Assembly: GCF_006345805.1 (NCBI RefSeq)
Contig: NC_043005.1
Span: forward strand, 2,914,001-2,978,000
Length of the DNA stretch: 64,000 bases
From: Octopus sinensis
Lineage: Eukaryota
Direction of reading: 5' to 3'
Below the pieces are notes generated by a model that was given only the letters and a program-made list of their open reading frames with translations, had not been told where the DNA came from and made no database searches. Of the stretch, positions 25,001-37,000 are shown in pieces (the stretch's first letter is position 1; every line of letters starts with the position of its first letter). The position numbers and the translations under genes were made by a program.

Positions 25001-25408
25001 CACAAACTTATTTATTTACACTTTTTGTTTTTTTTTTTTTCCTGTTGTAGTTTTGCATTTAATTTCACATATTTATATTTTACATCAAATCTTTTTTTTT
25101 TTCCCCCAATTATTGTGTTTGTTTTTGGATGTTTTTCCTAAATGCTAACTTTTCCAGTCTTGAAGTGATTATGAAGTCAGGGGTGAAGGTCATTCTCAGT
25201 AAGAATAAACTGGAACAAGCAAAGTTATGTACCGCCTTCTTCTTAAGATTAAACAATGTCTTGAAGAAATATTTCACTTGATGACCAAGAGTTTAGCTGT
25301 TTAGCCTCTCCACCCTCATGCTGTTTCTCTCTCTCATTCCCTTTCTCATTTGTGTCTGTGTTATAAAGATGTCTGAAAACAAATGTCACAGCCATGAAAA
25401 AAATAAAC

Positions 25409-25930
25409 GGCACCACCACGGAATTAGCTGTCGGGAGGAAAGTAAAAAAAGTGTGACGTCACTCATCCACCTTCATTTGTTTCCATAGAATTTATCAAAT
25501 TAGAAAACCCAAATTTAATATATTTTCTGAAATTGCAAATTATTTAAAATATAAAAATATAATTTTCAACAGAGAGAATTTATCAAAATATAAAACAAAT
25601 GAAGTTTGAAGTTAAGTCTAAAAATAAATGTGATACTTATGCTCTGTAGATACTTATGCTCTGTAATGTTTCACATGCATGCATATTGATGTCGAATTTG
25701 TTCCAATAACTTTCCGAATATTTCGTCCTTAAATTCATAACACCACATGAATTCAATGAGATGGGATTGAAGTAAATTTCGGGCGGTTCCATTTTCTCTT
25801 TTGTTGCAATTCTTCACATGCTTCCATAAACATTCTATGTGGTTGGTTGTGGCAAATGTTACCGGATCAACAAAATTTATGGAATGATTTTTCTACTTTC
25901 ACTTCTGACAGCTAATACCATGACAGTGCC
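25409..25930 (-). mobile_element. Merlin (ISXO2/IS1595-related) DNA transposon, internal-deletion derivative
   Basis: Imperfect ~40-bp TIRs (ggcaccaccacggaattagctgtcgggaggaaagtaaaaa and ggcactgtcatggtattagctgtcagaagtgaaagtagaaaa). 25889-25671(-) reads NHSINFVDPVTFATTNHIECLWKHVKNCNKRENGTARNLLQSHLIEFMW...*, the ISXO2-type transposase C-terminus. Not in the ORF track. Confidence 0.85.
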
Positions 25931-26619
25931 TAAATAGGTAATATATTTGAATGTTGTTTCTGTTGCTAAAATCTCCAACCAGCTGAGAGTAGTGGAAAAG
26001 TAAAAGACTTTGTTGTCCAGGGTATAAATGGGTTTCTAAGGTTGTGTGTGTTTGAAAAGAAGCAGTGTGTATAAAGTTCCCCATTTTCAAGTGGCCTTCT
26101 CTTCGTTCATTGCATTTTGTCACCTTTTTTGGGGTTTTAATTTTTATTCCCTTCATATTACAGGGGAAACTCTAACAGCAATACTTGGAAACATAGGTAA
26201 ATCCGTCCGAAGGGCGTAATTCTTGTAGAAAGAACTGCAGCACTCGCAGACATGTGTAAAATCCTTTAGAAGACCTCAATCTCAGCAAATAGGCTGCCGT
26301 GAAAACAATAACGAAATACTTTTGTATGTGGAAAATGAACGGAGATGTTACTCATCGCATTTTTCTTTTCATCTGTTTTACTTCCCGGCGGAACATAAGT
26401 GCAATTTTTTCCTTGGGAAGCAAGCTGCTTTATTTCTTTTAAATTGCCATAAAGGCATTACACAGAGGGGACACTACAACACATGTGGGGACATTTAACA
26501 ATAAAAATTAAAATATGATGGATGCTATGAATGACACATGAAAATGGACATGAAAAACATTAAAATCAAAATATTTAAATAATGATACATGAATGATAAC
26601 TTGAGAATATGAGAATATG

Positions 26620-27415
26620 AGAAGTGTGTCACTCACCCCACTCTGAGTAACACCACTCACCACCTCTGAGTCCTGAGTCCTCTCTAGTCTTTAATCTAGT
26701 CTTTCCTTTTTCTCCATCGCTGAGTGACAACACTCTCTCCTCCATATACACATAACCTTTTTCACCGGGAGAGGAGTCTTTTATATTTTGTGGTGTTTGT
26801 TCTTTCTTCTTTTTTTTCCTGTGGGGAGAGGGGGTGGGTGGGTTTGGTGTCTGAGTGGTCTTGGGCGGGGTGGAGTTGATCTGGGGTCCCACGTCACACA
26901 GACTATTTCCTTTTATTCTCGCTCACCGTCCATTCATCCTCCTTGTTCTTTCCTTCCTTCCATCTGTATTTCTTACTTTTCCTCCTCCGTCTTCTGTTGT
27001 TTTCCTCTGTAGAGGGCAGTGCACTCTAAAGTGGCCCTTTTGGCCACATTTAAAGCAGTGTGGGATTCTGCCCTCCACCCATACTCTTAGAACTATCTCT
27101 CCCAATGATTCTGTCTCTGCCAAATTTTCCAGATGTTTTTCCTCGGTCTGAATGATAAGTTCAAGCGACTTCCCTTTAAATCTTCCGTTTCCGTGGCCTG
27201 GAGGACAGCCACTTCCTCTTCACTTCTAATGAGGACGGCTGCCGCAACCCAAGCCACATTTATATCAGGCGGAATTCCTTCTGCCCTTATCTTGGAAGTC
27301 CTTCATCCAAGATACGTGGGTAAAAGGACCATTTCCTCCATCTTTACTGTTTTACCCGCCAACCTCCTTGCCTCCTCCTCTAATCTAAACTGAACAACCA
27401 TTGTCCCATATTGGC
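26620..27415 (-). mobile_element. Isolated ORF1 fragment of a Tx1-like LINE
   Basis: LLPTYLG, WVAAAVL and VWVEGRIPHCFKCGQKGHFRVHC align with ORF1 at 43466-44320 (LLPTYMG, WVAAAVL, VSVEGRRPRCFKCGEKGHVRSNC). Confidence 0.85.
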
Positions 27416-28536
27416 ATCCTCTTGTCATGTGCCTCAAGCCATTGACAATTTTCCATTGCTGTATGACATGGAGCATTGTCTTGTTGAAAGACGACACTGT
27501 TTTCTGAAACTCCTGGATGCAGTTTAGCAATTGATGGCTTTAAAGCATCCGATAAAGTAGAAGCATAAGTAGCTGAATTCATCCTTCTCTGATATAGAAA
27601 CATTTCTCTGGGTCCTGTGGCAGGCCCGCACCATGATAGAACCACCCCCATGTTTCTCAGTTGTTACCAGACATTCAGCCTTAAATGCTTCCCCAACCCT
27701 GCGACACACAAAAGTTACACCTGATGTACCGAAAACCCGAGTAAAAACATGAAAAATAATATTAGCTTTATGTTGGATGACTTTTTTATATATTTTGGGC
27801 AAGAAACCATTAACATTAAGTTTATATGTTGATTGAATACATGTACTATCTTACCTCATAGTTACTTCCATCAGACCATATGACTTTTGACCATTGCTCA
27901 CTGGTTCAATTTGAGTGGTTTTTGGCCCAATGAAGACATTTTTCCATATTCGCTTCAGAAACCCATGGCTTCTTCCTAGCTTTACAGCCTTTCAGACTGT
28001 ACTCTACAAGCCTTCTCTGACAGTTCTGGTTGATATTTGTGAAGTATTTGCCTTGTTGAAGTCTGCACAGAGTTCCGAAGATGTTTTCCTTCTCTTTCTG
28101 AGCAACTGACAGATGATGGATCTATCATCACGAGGTGATGTGACCTTTTTTTCTGCCAGTTCTTTGTATTGTCTCTCTGAAGTGCACATTGAGACCATTT
28201 CATCTTCTGAACAATCTTCATGATGTGCTATGATTTGACCTCGCGCACACTTGCTCAACTCCCTTGTTTTAGGCATTTTACTGTTAATTAACTCTATCTA
28301 CAATATATTTTAGTATAAAATTCCGAAATAATCAAGGAAACGTAAGTTAATCTTGGACATTGGTCTTACTCATAATTGGTTGCATATATACAAGTAGTAA
28401 TTGATGCTAAAGGAGGGTCAACCAGATATTAAAACTAATATATATTTCATAATCTACCATGTGCACGAGTTTCATTAACATTGAGGTAGCAGAACCCCAA
28501 AACATTGGGCTGGCCTAATACTTTTGGCCTAGGCTG
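27411..28536 (-). mobile_element. Tc1-family transposon, 5' two-thirds, degraded, with a putative intron
   Basis: TA followed by CAGCCTAGGCCAAAAGTATTAGG (5' TIR ending at 28536). ATG at 28276 (MPKTRELS). Motifs ISTRTVR, WSKVIWSDGS, KHGGGSIMV and VFQQDNAPCHTA. The C-terminus and right TIR are missing. Confidence 0.9.
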
Positions 28537-28599
28537 TATATATCTACATATATGTATTTCAGTATTATGCACCTCAACATGTATGTAAGGATTTCTACC

Positions 28600-29110
28600 T
28601 GTAAATGAAAGAAAGGGGTGATTATAGATAGGTACTCCCGATTGGTCACCCCAATTGTGGGTTTGTATTCCTATATACAGACAGCTTCAGTGACTTGTCT
28701 CAGCATTGCATCAGTGGGATGTGTGGATAAGATGCCTAACCTAAGTCTCCCCAAGGAGCCCTTGTGACAGTCTACAGCATGCTGATAGATGATAGAGTCT
28801 GGTTTATTTTTTCAATGTAGTTGTCCAGGTGTTCTTTGAACCTATCATTGATGCTCCTAGAAGTCTCACCTATGTATGACTCTGGGTTAGTCGCGCAAGC
28901 TCCCTTCTTGGCACTTAATCTGGTGTACAGTGTTTTTCTTTCTGCAGTTCACATCTGGGTTTGTAGAACATACTGCACAATTATTTTGACACGTGATTCT
29001 ATCAAATGGATATGATCTACATAATACTGATTTGATAGTCCTACCTGTCTTTTCTACAACTTTGATATTAAGGCCAGTTGTGTTCAGGATTTTCTTAAAT
29101 ACCCAACTTA
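28600..29110 (-). mobile_element. Penelope-like element, GIY-YIG endonuclease fragment
   Basis: CAVC...NCRKKNTVHQIKC...YIGETSRSINDRFKEHL. Confidence 0.8.
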
Positions 29111-30318
29111 ATTCGTTAATTTCCATTATTATTAACGACCTTTCCGCATCCGTCAGGCAATTTGAATATTCCATCAGTATAAAATTTCACTGGTTTTGAA
29201 GAAAAAAATGTTATCTAGATGCATCTTAATTCCGTCTAAATTGTTAAATGTTTTTCCTTGCAATGAGTTCTGTAGCGGCAAAAACAAATGGTAATGAGGT
29301 GGTGCGATATCAGGAGAATTTGGTGGAAGGAGTAAGAGATTCCAGCCGAATTTATGTAACTTTATTTGGGTAGCCAAAGACACACGTGGTTAGGCATTGT
29401 CTTGTTGGAACACTGCCCCTTTCCTGTTGGCAGCTTCTGGTCTCAGTTCATTGATTTTTTTTGGTTCAAATTAGCCACTTGATGATTGTACACACCAGAA
29501 TTAATGGTCTGGTTTTGTGGCAGAATCTCATAATAAATAATGCCTTTATGATCCCACCAAACACAAAGCATAGCTTTTCTGGCATGGATATTGTCTTTGG
29601 TTGCTGTTTTGGGTGTTCCTTACACAAACTCCAGGATCTTTTGTGCACTACATTTTTGGTACACAATCCATTTTTCATCTCCAGTCACAAGTTGTTTCAA
29701 AGAAGACATACTTTCATTCCTTTTCAAAAGCATATCACAAATGGAATATTGGTTCAAGCAATTCTTTTCCGAGAATTTGTGAGGGACTCATACATTATAG
29801 CAAGAAATGTATCCTAGCTTCACTAGATGTTCTTGAACCATACTTTTAGAAATTTCCAGCCCCTCTGCAAGTTCTCTCGTCATATTTGAGTTTTCTTCGA
29901 TTTTTACCTTCAAAACATCTTCATCCCATTTTGAAGGTCTTCCACTGCGACGTTCTTCTTCGAAGCTAAACTCTCCAGCTTTAAATTTTGCAAACCACCT
30001 TCAAACACTTGATTCACCCACAGCATCATCATCACCATAATCTTCACAAATGTTTTTGCAAATCGTTGCAGCATTTTCTCCTTTTTTAAAAAAGAAAAGC
30101 ATTACAATGCGAATATGAAATTTTTGGTTCTCCATTTCAAATGTCAATAAAGGGGAATCCGGAATGAAGGATAAATCTGTTTTTAATCAAGAACAAAGAA
30201 GAGATGCACCACCACTTCAAGCAATGCCAAAGTCTTACCTGTGTTACCTTTCAGGTGTGTTCAATGAAGCGTTAAAAGATTCAGCTTGAAAACACTCAGA
30301 ACTTGCCGGACAACCTTA
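29110..30318 (-). mobile_element. Mariner (DD34D) transposon, degraded
   Basis: TA followed by TAAGGTTGTCCGGCAAGT (5' end). ATG at 30135 (MENQKFHIRIVMLFFFKKGENA). RSGRP, PPNSPDIAPPHYHLFLPLQNSLQGKTF and KLP..GKVVNNNG. Right TIR not seen. Confidence 0.9.
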
Positions 30319-30399
30319 TATTTTACCATTTCTTTTAATGGTTCTATTGGTTTTGTTACTCTTTTTGTGGATGAGCACTAAAATAATAGACAATTCTCA

Positions 30400-31625
30400 G
30401 AAGTCTTAACAAAACGAAAATTATTTATTACAGGAGGAATTGGTGATAGCATTCTGAAATATGGTGTACCAGAGTCTCAGGTAAACATAAGAAAAATTAT
30501 GAGCTCCTGGTTATAGAATTTACAAATCCAGACAAATGTGGATGCGTCATATTAAAAGTCCATCACACAATACTGCATAATATATAAATATGGGAGAAGA
30601 GATGAAGAATGTGGAACATGGTAAATGTTCAAATAGTCCAGAAACTGTTAGGTTTTACAGTGTTTTTCCATTCGATATATTTTCCATGTGGTGGAAGTGA
30701 ATTCCAACAACGAAGAGATACTGTGTCTTGCTTCTTTCGGGACTTGTCAGGAACTGCCTAAAATCTTGCTGTGTCTTATGACAGGTGGCATGTATCTATA
30801 CACAATGCCCTCAGTTGGCTAAACCAACCACATCACACACAGCCAGGTGACAGTTTATCTGTTTCTTCTATATGGCTACCCTTTCTATTTACACCTATCA
30901 GTCCCTTCACTTCTACCCTACTCTGCTGCTTCCTGGGTTCTCTTTCATATCTACTCTTCTTAGTGTTGTGGCTGCATTTTTCTATTTAGGTCCCTATTAC
31001 ATTTATGTTTTTTTTTAGGGCCTAATATTCTGTGGTTATTCATAGGATCACCTCCAGTCTTAATAACATTGTCTGCATATTGAAACTACTTTATTCTGTA
31101 CGTGTCCTTCCCTATCTTTATACCCTGCCCTAGCAAATGCTGAGTTGTAATATGCCCCTTCATCAGCAAACAGCCTGGATACTCTGTTAGATACACTTCT
31201 TGGGGATACTTCACAACATATACTCTTGGTTGTTGGATCCCAACTCACATAGTTCAAGCTTTCATTTTGCAAATGGAACGGTTCGAACTTTTCTTCTTTG
31301 AGGTTAAATTTTGCATCAAGGAATCTTACAACTCTGATTTCTATTTCCAGTCCACAGTTTTTAAAGAATTTAATAAGTGTTTTTCTTACATCTTCCTATT
31401 TCTACATTACTACTTCTAATACAGTGTAAATAATGCATCATCTCTATATAATCCTCCTCCTAAGTTCAGGTACCAACATTCTATTATTGATGATAAGTAT
31501 ATTCCTACTGTATCTGTTACTTGTGCTAATTCATTTGACCCCATTTTTATGCTGTATGAAACCTCCCTATCAGACCAAGTCCAAAGTTTGCTTTCATATT
31601 TTATCATGGTGTTTCTAACCATGAA
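30400..31625 (-). mobile_element. Penelope-like element RT fragment
   Basis: IKMGSNELAQVTDTVGIYL, GLYRDDAL, RFLDAKFNL and SVSNRVSRLFADEGAYYNSAFARAGY. Confidence 0.8.
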
Positions 31626-31704
31626 GATTATATCTATTTTGTCTCTAGGAAGGTCAGAGTTACTTTTTTGCAAATAATAGCACCTTGTTTAGGACAACTG
31701 GATT

Positions 31705-32925
31705 TATTGAGTAGTAGTAGTAGTAGTAGCAGTAGCAGTAGTAGTAATAGTAGGCATCCGTCAGTCTCGAGAGACCCTGGATCTGCACCTGAAGAAATTG
31801 TGTCAGCTGCTGATGGTGGTGCAGCGTCTGCTGTGGCTGTAGAGGCCCACAGGGGAGTGGCAGTCACACAATGACTGCATTTGAAGGAACTCTCTACCGG
31901 TTTTAACTTTAGCCGAGTGCTTTTGTCTCTGCTGGCAAGTTCCTGTTTTTCTTCCTCTCACTTCATCCCCTTTCGCAATATTTGTCTCCAAAATGGGCAA
32001 TTATCTGTGACCTCCTCCAGGACATCCAGATCAAATGATTTCATATCTCTCTTGCAGATGTCCTTGAAATGAAGATGAGATCATCCTCATGCTCTTGTGC
32101 CAATGACCAATTCCCCATTCAGGAGGACTTTTGGGATCCTCCCGTCCAGCATGTGATGTATATGACCGGGTCAGTGCAGGTGGTGCTGTGCTGGAGCAAG
32201 GTGAATACACCAGGTGTCCTGGCATGGTTGGAGACTTCAGTGTTGGTGATGCGGTCGGTCCACTTCATATCCAGGATGCATCTCAAATTATGAAGATTGA
32301 GATGCTGCTCCTGTCTGAAGTAGAGGCTCTATGTCTCACTGCCGTAAAGTAGTGTACTGAGCAAGTATGCCTTATAGACATCAGTCTTGGTGTCGGTGGC
32401 CAGTTTTCTGTTCTCCCAGACTCTCTTTGTGAGCTTGGGAAATGTGGAGGATTCCTGTCCAATTCACCTACTGATCTCAGGGTTCAGGAAGAGGTCTTCA
32501 GAGATTGTAGAGTCAGGGTAGAAGAACTGATGGACTACCTCCAGCTTGTAGTGGAGTGGGGGGGGGGGGCAGTGCTTGACTTATTGGTCCAGGCTGAATT
32601 CCTGACTGGCCTTTGAGAGTTTGTCCACAAGGTGCTGCATTTGCTCCCCAGAGTGCACTGTCAGTGTTGCATTGTCTGCAAACATCATTTCTCTGATGAG
32701 TACCTGACGAACCCTGTAGTTTGCTTTCAGACTAAACAGTTTACCGTCTGATCTGGTGTGAAGGTAGACACCATTTGGTGATATTCCAAATGTGTGTTTC
32801 AGCATGACTGTTAAGAAGATGCCAGACAGGGTCGGGGGCAAGTACACAGCCCTGCTTCATGCCACTACATATGCTGAATGCCTCCAAAGAAGAGCCATCA
32901 AATTGAACGGACACCTAATGGAATG
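31705..32925 (-). mobile_element. RTE (BovB-like) LINE, 5'-truncated and degraded, with (TAC)n tail
   Basis: GVYLHTRSDGKLFSL...VLIREMMFADNATL and LSTLLYGSE. The 3' end gtctctcgagactgacggatgcc is followed by tactactac. Confidence 0.85.
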
Positions 32926-33078
32926 AACGCATGAATAATGACTTACCGTAATATCCATGGATATTACAAATTACATTGTAATCATCCAAATGGATACAGG
33001 TTATAGTCACAAACAACATGGAAACATGCGTAGTGATGCATTTAGATATTTATGAAATTCCATCCTTAGATTATTATT

Positions 33079-33780
33079 ACCTCTGCCTTCGTTAAGGTGG
33101 AGGTATTGTTTTCAGTCCTGGTCATTTGTTTGTTTGTCTGTGGACAAGATATCTCAAGAAATGCTGGATAATTCAGATGAAACTTTCAGGGATGTTTGGT
33201 CTCATGACTGGCATGAACTGATTAGATTTTGGGATCGATCCGGTACCAGACAAGGATTCTGGATTATTTCTTATATTTACTTTACATGAAGTATTACAAT
33301 CTTATGTTGACTTTCAAGTCTTTCTCTGATTATCTCCCTTATATATTATACATACATATTAACACTTTACAGTATACTTATATATATATACATACACCTA
33401 TACATCAATCTAAAAGAACGGGAATATTAGATGAAGGCCGGAATTTAAGAGAAGAGAAAACCAAAAGGTCTCATGCTGTTCCTTTAAAAATTCCTGATAC
33501 TGCCACAACTAGATTTGAGGCTGCCAGAACTACACTTGATCAGTCAGCAGAGACCATTCATGAAACTTGTGGGGCTGTCCAAAGGTGGGCAAAAAGCCAT
33601 TTCTGGCAGAGCCATCAATGTACCATCCAAGCTGCAGTCCGTTGTGTCATCGTTACCAAGACTACCAAATTCATCCGATGTCATCGCATTGAAACTCAAA
33701 TGGAGGTTGGCATATAAAGGATGTTATATGCACGAATATGTGCATCTGGAAAAGTGAATGGAGGTACTTTGCTGGCCTCA
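33079..33780 (+). mobile_element. Helentron/Helitron remnant: DINE-1/HINE-type 5' end plus a coding fragment
   Basis: 5' hairpin tacctctgcc...ggtggaggta, then a gtttgtttgtttgtctgt tract. 33470-33760 reads LISQQRPFMKLVGLSKGGQKAISGRAINVPSKLQSVVSSLPRLP...IALKLKWRLAYKG, typical of the domain upstream of Rep in Helitron proteins. Confidence 0.7.
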
Positions 33781-33789
33781 GAAAAATAA

Positions 33790-34610
33790 TCCCTTGTACA
33801 AGGACATCAAGGTCTGTCATGAATGGGAAAACCAGTGCAGGGAGAGAAAGCTGAGGCACAGTCAATGAATTGTGCACAAGAAAGGGCAGTTTGGATAACA
33901 GTGGGTGAGGGATATCCATGTAAGGTGAAGTGTAAATATCCATGTAGGGCAAGCCATGATGGGGTGGCCAGAATTGTCGGGCTTGTGGATCTCGGGAAGG
34001 AAGTAAATAGTGAGAGCATGTGGAGTACAGACAACAAGGTTGGGGATGGTGGGAGGAGGAAATAATTGGTGCAAGATACAATCTGTTGGTAGTTTGACAT
34101 GGGTCGGGGGGGGGGCAGATGGTGATAGAAGGAGGTGTCTTGAAATTGGTGGAGCACTTTAGCCTTATAGAAGTCAGCAGACCATACCACTACGGCTCCA
34201 CCTTTGTCAACCGGTCTGAGGGTAATGTCTTGGCAGTGTTGGAGACATAACACAAAGAAGAACTTGTTCTCTTCTTCATAACACTACTCCCCTCCCTAGA
34301 CCTTTGTTGACCCAAGAAAAGTACCTGACATTTATAAACATCCAAAACTTAAACCTAAATACATTAATCATACAGGAAATAATCCTTAAACTTCTGGGGT
34401 CTCTTCCTTTACCACTTCTGAGGAGATTCTTGGTCCCCCACTGGTGTCTTTTGATTCTCTGCTTGTTTCATTTCTTCCTCTCTGTGACTGTCTTGCTCTT
34501 TCACTTCTTCTTCATTCTCCCCAGTACCTTCATCAAAAGAGGGTTCCCAGCTGAACTGGCCAGGCCCACAGACAGTTCACATACACAATCTTAGCACAAG
34601 ACCTCTCGAC
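33790..34610. mobile_element. Rearranged Penelope-like RT fragments in opposite orientations
   Basis: Minus strand: ITLRPVDKGGAVVVW and IYFLPEIHKPDNSGHPI. Plus strand near 34530: FIKRGFPAELA. Confidence 0.7.
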
Positions 34611-34614
34611 CCTC

Positions 34615-34790
34615 AAATCCAGTGTGTCACATTGAACAGGTGATGCATCACAGTGTACAGTTCCTCCAATGGACTCTGCAGCTTTGGCAACTGTTCCTTT
34701 TTCCTCTGGGCATTAAGACAGCCACACTTCATCTCCCTCCTCGAAGTTGACCTCACTGGCCCTGGCATCATGCTGACATTTCAGTACTTT
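34615..34790 (-). mobile_element. Gypsy-type integrase C-terminal fragment
   Basis: FEEGDEVWL(fs)NAQRKKEQLPKLQSPLEELYTV resembles the integrase GPY/F region (GD.VWL.NP.RKKG..PKLQ..WEGPY.V). Confidence 0.6.
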
Positions 34791-34859
34791 GTCCCTGTCA
34801 GTCTCTCTTGCAGATGTTTCATATTGCTATTCTAATGTTAATTTATTGATGCATTTGGG

Positions 34860-37000
34860 CAAACCTCTGTCTCTATTATCAGACAATTTCAAAACTGTTT
34901 AAAAAAAGCTCAAAACTCTGCAAAAAATTCGCTACAAATTCTTTGTGGTTCAAAACGTTGCTTTTTACTCAACCTGATATTATTTCTGCTACTTTATTGC
35001 TGTCTCTTGCATTCTGGAGTTCAGATAGTCACCTAGTATTATGTGCCACTATAATTTGTGCTAAATTGTCGCTTGTGGAGACAGCCAATCTGATATTGTG
35101 TCTATTAAAGGTTTTATGGTAATTGTTAAATGTCAGAAAACAGTTCCCTACAGCAGCAAAAAATTGCCCCAGATTATAAGAAGTTACTTGTGTACCAAAT
35201 ACTGCGTTATGTAATCTTCAACTTACCAACTCTATTTTGGATTTCTCTATTCTTATTAAGGGTCAACCAGAGCAATTCTTTCTACTGCGGTGTTTGGGAT
35301 CCTAGTTTACATCATCCATACTCAGCATATTCCTATTTTGGCCTCTTCTTGCTTATTCTATTGTTTTCGCTATGGTGTTTCACTGCATTTTCTTTACCAT
35401 GTTCGTCATTGATAGGTTTAAGGTGGTCAGCTGGCAGAATCGTTAGCGGACTGGGCAAAATGCTTAGCGGCATTTCATCCGTCTTTGCATTCTGAGTTCA
35501 AATTCTGTCAGGATTGACTTTGCCTTTCATCCCCTCAAGGTCGATAAAATATGTACCAGTCATGTATTGGTGTTGATGCAATTGACTTTTCTCCTCCCCT
35601 CTAATTTGTGGCTTTGTACCAAAATTTGAAGCCAATAATTATTATGTAAAAAGCACCATTCAAGCGTGGCTGTTGTCAGTGCCGCCTGACTGACCCTCAT
35701 GCCAGTGGCACATAAAAAGCCCCACTACATTCTCGGAGTGGTTGGCATTAGGAAGGGCATCCAGCTGTAGAAACTTTGCCAGATCAAATTGGAGCCTGGT
35801 GCCCTCAGTCAAACCGTCCAACCCATGCCAGCATGGAAAGTGGACGTTAAACAACAACGATGATGATAGGTTATTTCTTTGCAGTTAATTCCCCTGTTAC
35901 TATTTCCAGCCCCTTTCTCTTGGTCTTGCTATACTCTTACAGAGGTTTTGAGTTCATTTTTCCCTGGCTTATTAATTATTTTGTGGATTCCATTGATGTT
36001 TGTATTCATCCCAGTTTGATTCCCACGGCTCCATACCAATCCGTCCTTACAGCTTGCTTCTTCTAATACATTGCTATAATATTTTTCATTTCTTCTAAAG
36101 ATCTCCTTATTCGCTGATAATCTAGAGATGTGGGTCGAAATGTTCTTGATAGTTAGAAGCTTTCTTCCCAACTAAATAGTTCCAGGTTCAGTCCCACTGT
36201 GTGGCTCATTGGGCAAGTGTCTTCATCTATAGCCTTGTGAGTGGATTTGGTAGACAGGCACAGGAAGACGCCCGTCGTGTGTGTGTGTGTGTGCCTTCCT
36301 TTGTGTCTGTTTGTCCCCCACCACTGCTTGACAACTGATGTTGGTTTGTTTACATCCCTGTAACTTAGCAGTTCAGCATAAGAGACCAATAGAATAAGTA
36401 CCAGGCTCTTCAAAAACTGAGAACTGGGGTTGATTCCTTCCAGGCAGTGCCCCAGCATGGTCACAGTCTAAAGATAGAAACAAGTAAAACATAAAACAGA
36501 TTCCATTATGGTTTTGGGGTGATTTCTGTTAAAACTGGATGTTGTCATTGAGTTTATGGAATGGTTGGTATACACCCATAATCAAATCTAAGGTAACACT
36601 GAAGAACTTAACCTTAGTGTGCCATCTTTTAGGGAATGGGTTAAGCCTAAACCCTTGAAGAACCTAAATAACTCTTCTCTGTACTTTTTCTAGTTTAACA
36701 TTGTTGTGTTTATGTAATGTGAATAGAGGAATATACAATGTTTATGTAATGTGAATAGAGAGCCACCCCTATACAAAATCCCCCCCCCCCCCCATTCGCA
36801 GAAATATCCTACTTATACAGAATAGGGTTTATATCCCTCCAAGGTTGGTTACCTGAGCTGAATTGCTAAATGCCATGCTGATGTCAAACATACTTGGTCT
36901 GTCCTTTCTGACCCATTTTCTCTCCAATTCAATAATAGATTTTCTAGCAGTTAATATAATATCTTACTTCCTCCTTAGAGAGATTGGAATTTTTTTTTAT
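34860..37000 (-). mobile_element. Degraded Penelope-like element interrupted by three short retroposons
   Basis: In order along the minus strand: DIILTARKSII..WVRKDRPSMFDISM..SAQVT; VKFFSVTLDL..GVYQPFHKLND; ISRLSANKEIF..YYSNVL; KTFNRHNIRL..NLAQIIVAHN. Insertions at about 35420, 35650 and 36155. Confidence 0.7.
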
